DNA of 64,000 nucleotides from Gammaproteobacteria bacterium. Lineage in GTDB: Bacteria > Pseudomonadota > Gammaproteobacteria > Eutrophobiales > Eutrophobiaceae. The notes under the pieces were generated by a model, which was given only the letters and a program-made list of their open reading frames with translations, was not told where the DNA came from and searched no databases. The stretch lies in contig OZ244905.1 in the NCBI GenBank assembly GCA_965221695.1, forward strand, positions 2,841,862-2,905,861, in the 5' to 3' direction. Positions 18,502 through 28,342 of this stretch are shown here, piece by piece. The position numbers and the translations under genes are program-made. The stretch's first letter is position 1. Each line of letters begins with the position of its first letter.

Positions 18502-19161
18502 ATGAAGATTAAAGTAGAAGACATTGCAGCGATTATCGATCACACGCTGCTGGCGTCCGACGCGACACCGGATAAGGTAATACGGCTGTGCCGTGAGGCG
18601 GATGAACATGGGTTTTATTCCGTTTGCGTGGCGCCGGTGTACGTCAGACTGGCCCGAGAGAACCTGGCTGAGTCGCCGGTGAAGGTATGCACGGTGGCCG
18701 GTTTCCCCAGTGGCATGAGTGAACCGGAAGTGAAGGCGCTGGAGGCGCAACTGGCAATCCGGCAAGGCGCCGACGAAGTGGACATGGTGATGCATATGGG
18801 CGCGGCAAAAGAGGGCAACTGGCAACAGGTGGCTGAAGATGTGAAAACCGTGGTCGAGCGCGCCGCGGGATGGCCGATCAAGGTGATCCTGGAGACCTGC
18901 TTGTTAACCGACGCGGAAAAGCAACAGGCCTGCGAGGTCTGCGTTGCCGCAGGCGCCGCTTTTGTCAAGACCTCCACCGGCTTCAGCCATGGCGGCGCCA
19001 CCGAGGCGGATGTCAGGTTGTTACGCGCCGCAGTAGGACCGGACATCGGGGTCAAGGCCAGCGGCGGGATCAGGGATTACGCTACCGCCTGCAGGATGAT
19101 AGAGGCGGGCGCCACCCGCCTGGGCGCCAGTTCAAGCGTCAAAATCACGGAGAGACTGTGA
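18502..19161 (+). CDS. deoC: deoxyribose-phosphate aldolase
   Basis: 219 aa; IDHTLL N-terminal block and Schiff-base lysine context FVKTSTGF. Confidence 0.9.
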   Translation: MKIKVEDIAAIIDHTLLASDATPDKVIRLCREADEHGFYSVCVAPVYVRLARENLAESPVKVCTVAGFPSGMSEPEVKALEAQLAIRQGADEVDMVMHMGAAKEGNWQQVAEDVKTVVERAAGWPIKVILETCLLTDAEKQQACEVCVAAGAAFVKTSTGFSHGGATEADVRLLRAAVGPDIGVKASGGIRDYATACRMIEAGATRLGASSSVKITERL

Positions 19162-19264
19162 ATACGCCCATTCCCGTAGCGGGCGCATAATCAGTTCCAC
19201 GCTACTCAGCGCTGTACAATTTACATCTTCCTGGAGCGAACTGCTGGAAGATAATACGAGATAC

Positions 19265-19984
19265 TCAATACTCCCACTCAGCATAAGCAAGCGGCGCGCG
19301 CTTGAGCGCTTCTTTATGCAAGCGCCACTGTGGCATGAAGCTGTCCATCAGTTCCCGAAAGCGCGCATTATGGCGGCGTTCGATCAAGTGCGTGAGTTCG
19401 TGAACGAGGACGTATTCAAGACATGAGGTTGGTTTCTTGATCAATTCCAGGTTCAACCAGATACGACCGGCCTTGATGTTGCACGAACCCCAGCGGGTTT
19501 TCATCTTCTTGATGCGGACCTCGCGCGCACGCACACCGATCTCGGTTTCCCACTTCGTCAACAGCGCCGGCAGTCGGGCCTGAAGTTGGCGCCGATACCA
19601 TCGATCAACCAGCGCCTCCCGCGCCGCTCTATCTGAACCGTGACGAACCTGTAACGTCATCGTATTGTTATTCGCCAGGCACACACCTGGTCTGCCGGCG
19701 CTTTCAAGCACATCCAGCCGATAACGCCGTCCTTCAAAGTAATGGCTTTCGCCAGTGACAAACTCGCGCTGGGACTGGCGTTCCTGCTCGGCAAGTTCCA
19801 CTTGCTTTCTGTGAATCCATCCCAAGCGATCAACCACGGCCAACCTGATGGCATCGTCATCGAAGCGTAACGGCGCCGCCACCCGCACCCGACCGGATGG
19901 CGGGTATACCCCTACATACAGGTGTTTGATGTTCTTGCGGACGACCTCCACAGGTATCCCGCTGATGTCCATGTGCTGGCTCAT
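19265..19984 (-). CDS. M48-family / DUF45 (YgjP-like) zinc metallopeptidase
   Basis: 239 aa; HELTHL zinc motif inside VLVHELTHLIERRHNARF. Confidence 0.8.
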   Translation of the reverse strand: MSQHMDISGIPVEVVRKNIKHLYVGVYPPSGRVRVAAPLRFDDDAIRLAVVDRLGWIHRKQVELAEQERQSQREFVTGESHYFEGRRYRLDVLESAGRPGVCLANNNTMTLQVRHGSDRAAREALVDRWYRRQLQARLPALLTKWETEIGVRAREVRIKKMKTRWGSCNIKAGRIWLNLELIKKPTSCLEYVLVHELTHLIERRHNARFRELMDSFMPQWRLHKEALKRAPLAYAEWEY

Positions 19985-19992
19985 TGCTTTAG

Positions 19993-20231
19993 CCCGAAAA
20001 TCTCACCAATTGATGCGATGATCGCTGAGGATTTTTTGCGTTAGCGGGTGCTCGCGACCGAAAGCATAGTGGTTCTTCTGGTTGAGGGAGCATGTGCCCG
20101 CTAACGCAAAAAAGACCAGCGAGGGCGCATCAAGCGCTGTGCGTAATGGCAACATACTCGGCAGATTACCATAACTCATTGACAGCAAACATCTATCTGA
20201 TGCTAACAAGCGAATTGGTGAGATATTCGGG
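19993..20231. mobile_element. 239-bp MITE-like / structured repeat, copy B
   Basis: Terminal inverted repeats CCCGAAAATCTCACCAATT and AATTGGTGAGATATTCGGG (18/19 complementary). Flanked by TTAG at 19989-19992 and 20232-20235. Collinear with copy A at a constant offset of 12780. Confidence 0.65.
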
Positions 20232-20436
20232 TTAGTACTCACTTTGGGTCTTCACGCTCGCCGGCGGTGGTCATATCCGTGCGCTCCGACTGAGTGTCCG
20301 AAAGCGCAGCCCGTCCCTTGTAGGTAAGCTGATACTTCTGTAGCGGTCGGATCAAGCCCTCCTTGAAGAAAAATTCGCGAATTTCTTCGCGCTTCATCTG
20401 TTGGCTGCTTGCGACTTCTTAAGAGCCATCAGTCTC

Positions 20437-21180
20437 TTATGACGGTGGAGAGATCTGCGTCGATGCCGGAGTTTCGCTTATCGCGGTCTCAAGCGCCAGT
20501 TCTATCATTTCCGCAAAGCCGGATTGCCGTTCCTCTGCGCTCAATCTTTTTTCAAGGGTAATATGGTCGCTGACGGTGCAAATGGTCAATGCCCTGGCGC
20601 CGAGTTCTGCGGCCAGGCCGTATATGCCGGCAGTCTCCATTTCCGCGCCCAGTACGTTGTATTTCTCCATCAGTTCGAAGACTTCAAGCTCAGGCGTGTA
20701 GAACAGGTCGGTGGAGAACACATTGCCGACATGAAACGCAAGTTCTCTTTGTTCGGCAAGGCCTACCGCGGCGCGTAGCATCCGGTAATCTGCGATGGCG
20801 GCAAAGTCATGATCTCTGAAGCGGATGCGATTCACCTTTGAATCGGTGCAGGCGCCCATTGCGATAATGATATCCCGCAGTTGCACCGACTTCATCACGG
20901 CGCCGCAACTGCCGACCCGTATCAAGCGCTTTACACCGAACTCGTTGATCAGTTCGGCACAGTAAATCGAGCAAGAGGGGATACCGACGCCATGGCCCAT
21001 CACCGACAGGCGCTGTCCCTTGTAGCTGCCGGTATAGCCCAGCATGCCCCGGACATCATTCACCAAGCGTGGGTTGTCCAGGTAGTTTTCGGCGATGAAT
21101 TTTGCCCGGAGCGGGTCGCCCGGCATCAGCACGGTTTCGGCAAAATCCCCGGGTTCGGCATTAATATGAGGTGTGGCCAT
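20437..21180 (-). CDS. deoD: purine-nucleoside phosphorylase, DeoD type
   Basis: 247 aa; [31 protein letters not shown] is a near-canonical DeoD N-terminus. Confidence 0.9.
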   Translation of the reverse strand: MATPHINAEPGDFAETVLMPGDPLRAKFIAENYLDNPRLVNDVRGMLGYTGSYKGQRLSVMGHGVGIPSCSIYCAELINEFGVKRLIRVGSCGAVMKSVQLRDIIIAMGACTDSKVNRIRFRDHDFAAIADYRMLRAAVGLAEQRELAFHVGNVFSTDLFYTPELEVFELMEKYNVLGAEMETAGIYGLAAELGARALTICTVSDHITLEKRLSAEERQSGFAEMIELALETAISETPASTQISPPS

Positions 21181-21219
21181 GTGTTCACCCGTGACGAAAT
21201 TGAACTGGGTGCATGTTGA

Positions 21220-22446
21220 CTAAACCTGCAGGGAAACGAACAGGACTGCCAGCACCGCGCTCATCAGATTGGACAGCGTGCCGGCCAACACCGACATGAA
21301 GCCGAGCGCCGCAATGTCCTGGCGCCGTTCCGGGACCAGGCTGCCCATGCCGCCCAGCAAGATGGCGATGGAGGTGAGGTTGGCGAAACCGCACAGGCCG
21401 AACGTGATCAATACCTGGGTCTGCGGGCTTAAGGTATCCCTGATTTCACTGAAGCTCAGGTAGGCGATGAATTCACTCATGATGAATTTCTGGCCGATTA
21501 GGCTGCCGGCCGCGGCGGCCTCGTGCCAGGGCACGCCCAGCAGCCAGGCCAGCGGCGCCAGCAGTTTGCCGAGAATACCCTGCAGGGTCAGGTCCTCGAG
21601 CCCGAACCAGGCGCCGACCCCGCCCAGCAGGCCGTTGATCAGAGCGATCATCGCCACGAACGCGATCAGCATCGCACCGACATTGGCCGCAAGTTTAAGT
21701 CCGTCCAGGGTACCGTTGCCGATGGCTTCAAAGACATTCACCACTTTTGCCGGCCCGCTGAATTGTACATGTTCTATGTCCTGCTCAGCATCTTCGGTCT
21801 CGGGCTTGATGATCTTGGCCATCAGCAGGCCGCCGGGCGCAGCCATGAAACTGGCCGCGATCAGGTAGCCCAGGTTAATACCCATCGCAGCGTAGGCCGC
21901 CATGATGGCGCCGGAGATGGCCGCCATGCCGCCGGTCATCACCGCGAACAACTCCGATCGGGTCAGGTTCTTCAGGTAGGGCCGGATCACCAGCGGCGAT
22001 TCGCTGTGACCGATGAAGATGTTGGCGACTGCACACATGGATTCGGTCTTGCTGGTGCCGAGCAGTTTATGAATGGCGCCGCCCAGTATCGTTACCAGTT
22101 TCTGCATGATGCCCAGGTAATACAGCGTGGACATCAGCGCGGAGAAAAAGATGATCACCGGCAACAGGTGAAAGGCGATGGAAAATCCGCCTTCCTGCTT
22201 GGCCAGGTCGCCGAACACGAATTCGCTGCCGACGCGGCCGTAATCGATAACGTTCTGCACGCCCGCGACCATGGTATTGAGAAATGCCTGGCCCGGCGGG
22301 AAATAAAGGATCAGGCAGGCGATCGCGGCCTGGGTCAAGAATGCGGGGATAACGGTTTTCAACCTGATTGCGCGCCGGTTTTCGGACAGCAGCAAGGCCA
22401 GGGAGATTATCACCGCGATCCCAACAAAACTCATCAGAAACTGCAT
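21220..22446 (-). CDS. nupC: NupC/NupG-family concentrative nucleoside transporter
   Basis: 408-aa polytopic membrane ORF with CNT-family blocks (GTSKTESMCAVANIFIG, FANLTSIAILLGG). Confidence 0.85.
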   Translation of the reverse strand: MQFLMSFVGIAVIISLALLLSENRRAIRLKTVIPAFLTQAAIACLILYFPPGQAFLNTMVAGVQNVIDYGRVGSEFVFGDLAKQEGGFSIAFHLLPVIIFFSALMSTLYYLGIMQKLVTILGGAIHKLLGTSKTESMCAVANIFIGHSESPLVIRPYLKNLTRSELFAVMTGGMAAISGAIMAAYAAMGINLGYLIAASFMAAPGGLLMAKIIKPETEDAEQDIEHVQFSGPAKVVNVFEAIGNGTLDGLKLAANVGAMLIAFVAMIALINGLLGGVGAWFGLEDLTLQGILGKLLAPLAWLLGVPWHEAAAAGSLIGQKFIMSEFIAYLSFSEIRDTLSPQTQVLITFGLCGFANLTSIAILLGGMGSLVPERRQDIAALGFMSVLAGTLSNLMSAVLAVLFVSLQV

Positions 22447-22507
22447 TTTTATTATTGTCCCCTTTGGTAATTGTTATAAGATACGGGACAATTGGAGGTA
22501 AGGCAAA

Positions 22508-24046
22508 ATGAAATCAGCGCAATCCTTAGGTCTCGCAATACTGGTTTGGCTCATTATTGCAGGAAACGGCAACCTATTCGCAGGTGAAATGGACGCCCGA
22601 CTGTATTTTCAGTCGGTGCGGCGCGACCCGGCTTTGCTGAGAAATTTCCTGTACGGGTTCCCGAAGGGAGGCGAACTGCACAATCACCTGGACGGCGCCA
22701 TCTATGCGGAAAACTACATCCGCTGGGCAGCCGAGGACGGCAAGTGCATAGACCTTCAAACCCACAGGATGACGTTACCGCCCTGTGACGCGGCAGCCGG
22801 ACGGCCTGCGGTCAGTGAGATCAGCGATAACGCAGACGTGGTAAACCGGATTATCGACGCGTTCTCAATACGCAACTATGAACGCCGTGAGGTATCCGGC
22901 CACAACCAATTTTTTTCAACCTTTGAGCGCTTTGTCCCTGCGGGCTTCGGCCGCGAAGGGCATATGCTGGCTGAATCCAGCGCCCGGTCCGCGCGCCAGA
23001 ATGTTATCTACCTGGAGCTGTTGCAGTCATGGGGTATGGAAAAGGCCCGGCAACTGGGAGCAGACAGCGTGGAATTCGATCCCGGGCGCCCCTTGCAGGA
23101 GCTGGCCCGTCACCCGGAGATCGAAAAACTGGCTGCAGAGACCATTACCAGGCTGGACGCGATTGAGCAGCAGTGGCGCACAGTCCTGGCCTGCGAACAG
23201 GAACAAGCGGACCCCGGCTGTGATGTGACCGTCCGCTACCTGGCCCAGGTGATCCGCACCTTTCCGCGCTCGCAAGTATTGGCGCAAACGCTACTCGCTT
23301 ATCATCTCATCGAGAAGGACGCGCGCTACGTCGGACTGAATTTCGTGGCGCCGGAAGACGACCCCATCACCCTCAGAGACTACCGCTGGCAGATGGAAAT
23401 GATCGGCGAACTAGCAGGTTATTTCCCCTCGGCAAAGAACGGCATCACGCTGCACGCCGGTGAGCTCGACATCGGGCTGGTCCCCCCCGAACACCTGGGC
23501 TGGCACATCCGTGCGGCGCTGGACCTTGCCGGCGCCCGGCGCATCGGTCACGGCACCGATATCTTCCACGACCCGCAGGCAACGCAACTCATGCAACGAA
23601 TGGCCGCAGAAGGCATCCTGGTAGAGATCAACCTGACCAGCAGCGAAGCCATCCTGGGCATAACCGATGAGCGGCATCCGATTCGGGCTTATCTCAAGTA
23701 TAACGTGCCCGTTGCCCTGTCCACGGACGATGAAGGCGTCGCCCGCATCGACCTGACCCACGAATACCAGCGAGCGGTGGAAACCTACAAACTCACTTAT
23801 GACGATCTCAAGTACCTGTCCCGCAACGCGCTGGCCTACAGCTTCCTGCCGGGAGAAAGCCTGCTGGAGTCGACCTATACGGGGAAAATCGTTGAGCCGT
23901 GCGATTACGGCAACGCCGGGGCCGATGAGAGCATACAGGAAGACAAGGTGCAGGCCTGCCTTGAATTCATGTTCCGGAACGAAAAAGCCAAGTTACAGGC
24001 GGAACTGGAGCGGCGCTTCCGGGTTTTCGAAAGTGGATATGATTAA
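22508..24046 (+). CDS. adenosine deaminase family protein with N-terminal signal peptide
   Basis: 512 aa. Signal-like N-terminus MKSAQSLGLAILVWLIIAGNGNLFAGE. ADA metal and catalytic motifs: ELHNHLDGA, TLHAGE, RIGHG, STDDEG. Confidence 0.85.
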   Translation: MKSAQSLGLAILVWLIIAGNGNLFAGEMDARLYFQSVRRDPALLRNFLYGFPKGGELHNHLDGAIYAENYIRWAAEDGKCIDLQTHRMTLPPCDAAAGRPAVSEISDNADVVNRIIDAFSIRNYERREVSGHNQFFSTFERFVPAGFGREGHMLAESSARSARQNVIYLELLQSWGMEKARQLGADSVEFDPGRPLQELARHPEIEKLAAETITRLDAIEQQWRTVLACEQEQADPGCDVTVRYLAQVIRTFPRSQVLAQTLLAYHLIEKDARYVGLNFVAPEDDPITLRDYRWQMEMIGELAGYFPSAKNGITLHAGELDIGLVPPEHLGWHIRAALDLAGARRIGHGTDIFHDPQATQLMQRMAAEGILVEINLTSSEAILGITDERHPIRAYLKYNVPVALSTDDEGVARIDLTHEYQRAVETYKLTYDDLKYLSRNALAYSFLPGESLLESTYTGKIVEPCDYGNAGADESIQEDKVQACLEFMFRNEKAKLQAELERRFRVFESGYD

Positions 24047-24075
24047 GGAAACTCTGATTAACTCTTAGAGCTTCC
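24047..24075 (+). terminator. palindrome of the GGAAnCTCTGA/TCAGAGnTTCC family, immediately after the deaminase stop
   Basis: GGAAACTCTGA-ttaactc-TTAGAGCTTCC. Confidence 0.35.
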
Positions 24076-24136
24076 CTCATGATCAGCGCGCGGCCCGCCC
24101 CGATTGCATGTAACTGTAGGTACAGGATATAGGATT

Positions 24137-26179
24137 ATGAAATTATACTCACTACCGCTTGTACTATGCTTAAGCCTGCTAGCCTCCGGTATTGAACAGG
24201 AAGTTCATGCGGCAGGCATTGGCGACGCGACGAGCAAAACCATTACGCAATTTGCCCGTCATTTAACGCCAACGCCCAGCGCGGGACCGGCCGGCGCCGC
24301 CGCGAGAAGCGCCGCCAGGCCGCCGTCAAGACCGGCGCAACGCCGGCGAGCCGCCAAACCTGCGCCAACCCCGGCGCGTAATGCCTATTTTGGCGACCTG
24401 CATATCCACACTTCCTGGTCGCTGGACGGCTATATTATCTTCAACCGGACAACGCCGGATGATGCGTATGCGTTTGCACAGGGCGATGCAATCGAGTTTT
24501 ACGGTCGCCCACCCGCAAAACTGGCTGTGCCGCTGGATTTTGCCGCGGTGACTGACCATGCGGAATTTCTCGGCGAGACGCGGCTGTGCTCGGACCCGGC
24601 CGCGACGGCCTATCACACGCAGTTATGCGCTGATATCAGAAACGAACAGCAGGACCCGGCCGTAGAGAACCGGATCTTCGTTAACGTATTACTGAAAATC
24701 CTGCGCGCGGAAAAACCGGAACGGCCGGCCTTCTGTGGCGAGCAGGGCCAGGATTGTGACGCCGCGTCACGCCACCGTTGGCGCGAGCTGCAACAGGTTG
24801 CGGATAAACATTATCGGCCCGGCGAGTTCACCACGTTCATCGCTTACGAATGGACCGGCGAACAAGGTGGCAATCGGCATCGCAACGTGATCTTCCGCAA
24901 CAGCACGGTGCCCGAAAAGGCCTGGAGTATGATCGAAATCCCCACCGTGGAGGGCTTGTGGAAAAAACTGGATGAGCAATGCGCGCCGCCTTGCGATGTG
25001 CTGACGATTTCGCACAGTTCCAATCAAAGCAAAGGGCTGCGCTTTGCCGGCATGAATACGGACGGCGCGCCGTTAACGCCGGCAGAGGCCGCATACCGGG
25101 CCGCGCGTGAACCCCTGGTTGAAATCATGCAATTCGCGGGCGATTCCGAATGCCGCATCGGCCTGGGCACAGAAGACGAATATTGTGATTTTGAAAAATT
25201 CGACCTGCGCCCCGTATGCCCCAACCCGCCGCGTCCCGGTTCCACGCTGCAATGCGCGCCTGTCTGCGACGAGTCGGGCGGTCCTGAAGGATGCGTATCA
25301 GCAGCCAGCTATGTGCGCAACGGCCTCAAGGCAGGCCTTACGTTGCAGCAGAAGCTGGGCGCCAATCCGTACAAACTCGGTTTTGTCGGTAGCACGGATG
25401 CGCACAATGCCAACCCGGGCGACACCGACGAGGATGACCACCAGGGCCACTTCGGTTACCTGGACGCAGAACCGGAGGACCGGCTGTTGCTGGCGTTAAA
25501 AACCGGTTTCAAGCAATTGCCGCGTAACCCAGGCGGTTTGGCCGCGGTCTGGGCTGAAGAAAACACCCGGGACAGCATTTTTGACGCGTTGCGCCGGCGG
25601 GAGACCTTCGGCACCAGCGGCAACCGCATTCTTATCCGTTTCTTCGGCGGCTGGGAGTTCCCGGCTCGGCTCGACCCGAGCACAGACCTGGCGCAGTTGG
25701 GTTACCGGGATGGCGTGCCGATGGGCGCCGACCTGCCAAAAGCCAAAATCGGCGCTGCGCCCCGTTTCCTGGTCTGGGCGATGCAGGCCGTGGATGGAGA
25801 GAGGCTGCAGCGCTTGCAGGTGGTCAAGGGTTGGCTGGAAGACGGCAAGCCGCGGGAGCGGGTCTATGACGTGGCCTGCTCCGATGGCCTGGTCCCGGAT
25901 CCGGTTACTCACCGTTGCCCCGATAACGGCGCGCGGGTCAGCCCCAGGGATTGCAGAGTCACCGCAGATACGGGCGCGACGCAGTTGCGGGGCGTGTGGG
26001 AAGACCCCGATTTCGACGCATCGGAGCAGGCATTTTACTACCTGCGGGCGCTGGAAAACCCGCGCTGTCGCTGGAGTACTTTTGACGCGCTGCGCCTGGC
26101 ACGCCCGCTACCGCCGAATGCGCCGCCAATCATACAGGAACGCGCCTGGTCATCGCCTATCTGGCACATAAGTGATTAG
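24137..26179 (+). CDS. secreted DUF3604-family protein (PHP-like metal-binding motifs), paralog 1
   Basis: ATG at 24137 is preceded by AGGA. Signal peptide MKLYSLPLVLCLSLLASG, then an Ala/Pro/Arg-rich linker. Motifs: YFGDLHIHTSWSLDGY, AAVTDHAEF, ISHSSNQS, GSTDAHN. Confidence 0.8.
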   Translation: MKLYSLPLVLCLSLLASGIEQEVHAAGIGDATSKTITQFARHLTPTPSAGPAGAAARSAARPPSRPAQRRRAAKPAPTPARNAYFGDLHIHTSWSLDGYIIFNRTTPDDAYAFAQGDAIEFYGRPPAKLAVPLDFAAVTDHAEFLGETRLCSDPAATAYHTQLCADIRNEQQDPAVENRIFVNVLLKILRAEKPERPAFCGEQGQDCDAASRHRWRELQQVADKHYRPGEFTTFIAYEWTGEQGGNRHRNVIFRNSTVPEKAWSMIEIPTVEGLWKKLDEQCAPPCDVLTISHSSNQSKGLRFAGMNTDGAPLTPAEAAYRAAREPLVEIMQFAGDSECRIGLGTEDEYCDFEKFDLRPVCPNPPRPGSTLQCAPVCDESGGPEGCVSAASYVRNGLKAGLTLQQKLGANPYKLGFVGSTDAHNANPGDTDEDDHQGHFGYLDAEPEDRLLLALKTGFKQLPRNPGGLAAVWAEENTRDSIFDALRRRETFGTSGNRILIRFFGGWEFPARLDPSTDLAQLGYRDGVPMGADLPKAKIGAAPRFLVWAMQAVDGERLQRLQVVKGWLEDGKPRERVYDVACSDGLVPDPVTHRCPDNGARVSPRDCRVTADTGATQLRGVWEDPDFDASEQAFYYLRALENPRCRWSTFDALRLARPLPPNAPPIIQERAWSSPIWHISD

Positions 26180-26284
26180 CCCTCGAATTTGAACCTGCTG
26201 GCTATCTCTGGCACGAAGTCTTTGGCTGTAGTCCAGCGCTTGCAAGAATCATGTTTCCGATAACGACAAATGGCTGGGTGAGGA

Positions 26285-28162
26285 ATGTGGTTTAGTCGTC
26301 ATCTGCGAATAGTAGTGTTGCTGTTGCCGGTAGCGCTGGCGGCGCAGGAGTCCGGACCGCGCTTTCCGTTCTTCGGCGACCTGCATGTACACACTGCCTG
26401 GTCGCTGGACAGTTACGTTAACTTCAACCGGGTTGGTCCCCGGGATGCCTACCGCTTTGCCCTGGGGGAGCCTGTCACGCTGTCAGGCGGCAGGGTGGCG
26501 CGCATAGACCGGCCACTGGATTTTGCCGCGGTCACGGAGCACGCGGAATACCTGGGCGAGTTGCGCATGTGCACGGATGAAACCGATGCCCGCTATGCGT
26601 TGGATATCTGCCGGGACATCCGCAACGAGGCCGCGCAGCAGTCTTTGATAGACCGGATTTACAAGGAATTGATCATACGCGATGTGCTGTCTCCGAACCC
26701 ACAACGCGAGTCCGACTTGTGTGGGGCGGATGATGCCCGCTGCCTGGCAAGGGCAAAATCAGTTTGGCGGGAACTGCGCGACATCGCCGCTGAGTTCAAT
26801 CGCCCCGGCCGGTTCACCACCTTCGTGGGTTACGAGTGGACTGGTAACACCAACGGCAACAACCTGCACCGGAACATCATCTACGGTAACGACTGGGTAC
26901 CGGCGCTGCCGATCAGCTATTTCGAGGCGAACACGCCAGAGAAATTATGGCGCCAACTGCAGGACACCTGCGCGCCGCCGTGCGAAGTCCTGGCCATTCC
27001 GCACAACTCCAACCAGAGCAATGGCCGGCAATTCCCGGCCATGGAAACAGACGGCAGTCCGTTGCGCGCCGAGTGGGCGGCGCTGCGGGCCAAAACGGAG
27101 CCCCTGGTGGAGATCATCCAGGCCAAGGGCGAGTCCGAATGCCATACCGGGGTGGGCACGGTGGATGAACTGTGCCGTTACGAGAAGATCGAGCGCCGGC
27201 CCCTGTGTGGGGAACAGGGCGTTGGGGAGGACTGCGTACCGGTTTGTACCGGTCATAGCAGCGGGCCGGGTTGCGTCGCGTCCAACAACTACCTGCGCAA
27301 TGCCCTGAAAACGGGACTGGAACTGGAGCAGGAACTGGGCGTAAATCCTTACCGGCTGGGTTTCATAGGCAGTACCGACACCCATAACGGCGCCCCTGGC
27401 GCGGTTGACGAGAGCGATTTCCAGGGCCATCACGGCGTCGAGGATGGCACGCCTGAACAGCGTGCGCGCATGCCTGAAATAAAGGAGTTTACGGCCAACC
27501 GGGTCAAAGGTTCAGGCGGACTGACCGGCCTCTGGGCGGAGCAGAACACCCGCGCCGCCCTGTTTGACGCGCTACAACGCCGGGAAGCCTTCGCCACCAG
27601 TGGCACGCGCATCACGCTGCGCTTTTTTGCCGGCTGGGAGTTCCCCGACGATATCAATGGCATCGATGATCCGGCTGCGCTGGGCTATGCCTACGGGACA
27701 CAGATGGGCGGCGAATTGCCACCCGCGCATGAAGCGGCGCAACCGGGTTTCATCATCTGGGCCATGAAGGACCCGCAAGGGGTTAACCTGCAGCGCGTGC
27801 AGGTCATCAAGGGTTGGCTTGAGCAGGGCGGCGGAACTAAGGAACAGGTCTATGACGTGGTCTGCGCCGGCGACCTGCCCCCTGACCCGGTCACCCACCG
27901 CTGCCCGGATAACGGCGCCCGCGTTGACCTGCGCGATTGCAGTGTGGACATGCGCAAGGGCGCCGTGGAACTGAAAACCCTGTGGCGTGACCCGGAATTC
28001 AACCCGCGCCAACCCGCGTTCTATTACCTGAGAGTACTGGAAAACCCAAGTTGCCGCTGGACTACCTGGGAAGCCCTGCGCGCAGGCAGACAACTGTTCC
28101 CGGACATCGCCGCAACCATCCAGGAACGCGCCTGGAGCTCCCCGATTTGGTACAATCCCTGA
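26285..28162 (+). CDS. secreted DUF3604-family protein, paralog 2
   Basis: 625 aa; signal-like MWFSRHLRIVVLLLPVALAAQ. Same four His/Asp blocks (FFGDLHVHTAWSLDSY, AAVTEHAEY, IPHNSNQS, GSTDTHN). Collinear with paralog 1 through to the C-terminal ERAWSSPIW. Confidence 0.8.
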   Translation: MWFSRHLRIVVLLLPVALAAQESGPRFPFFGDLHVHTAWSLDSYVNFNRVGPRDAYRFALGEPVTLSGGRVARIDRPLDFAAVTEHAEYLGELRMCTDETDARYALDICRDIRNEAAQQSLIDRIYKELIIRDVLSPNPQRESDLCGADDARCLARAKSVWRELRDIAAEFNRPGRFTTFVGYEWTGNTNGNNLHRNIIYGNDWVPALPISYFEANTPEKLWRQLQDTCAPPCEVLAIPHNSNQSNGRQFPAMETDGSPLRAEWAALRAKTEPLVEIIQAKGESECHTGVGTVDELCRYEKIERRPLCGEQGVGEDCVPVCTGHSSGPGCVASNNYLRNALKTGLELEQELGVNPYRLGFIGSTDTHNGAPGAVDESDFQGHHGVEDGTPEQRARMPEIKEFTANRVKGSGGLTGLWAEQNTRAALFDALQRREAFATSGTRITLRFFAGWEFPDDINGIDDPAALGYAYGTQMGGELPPAHEAAQPGFIIWAMKDPQGVNLQRVQVIKGWLEQGGGTKEQVYDVVCAGDLPPDPVTHRCPDNGARVDLRDCSVDMRKGAVELKTLWRDPEFNPRQPAFYYLRVLENPSCRWTTWEALRAGRQLFPDIAATIQERAWSSPIWYNP

Positions 28163-28204
28163 CGGCAACAATGCTCGCTATCTTTGCCTTTATCGTTGTA
28201 ACCA

Positions 28205-28263
28205 CCCTAATCAAGGTCGCGCAAAAGCACCCTGAAGCATTGGAAGACATTGCAGCTTGATTG
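28205..28263 (+). pseudogene. relic of the 3' end of a higA-like antitoxin gene
   Basis: 59 bp identical to 31975-32033, the last codons plus stop of the intact antitoxin gene. No upstream coding part is present. Confidence 0.8.
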
Positions 28264-28342
28264 TGTCAGCAACACTAGATGTTACTGAGTGGAAAACTGA
28301 ACCTCATACCGCGCCCAGTAGATCATCGTCGCAGAATATCCC

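Noticed and set aside
28062-28250. ORFs 28062-28250 and 31724-32020 (minus strand) with identical N-termini MSSNASGCFCATLIRV
   Set aside because: The identity is a by-product of the 59-bp duplicated antitoxin 3' end read on the opposite strand. Downstream the two sequences diverge immediately.
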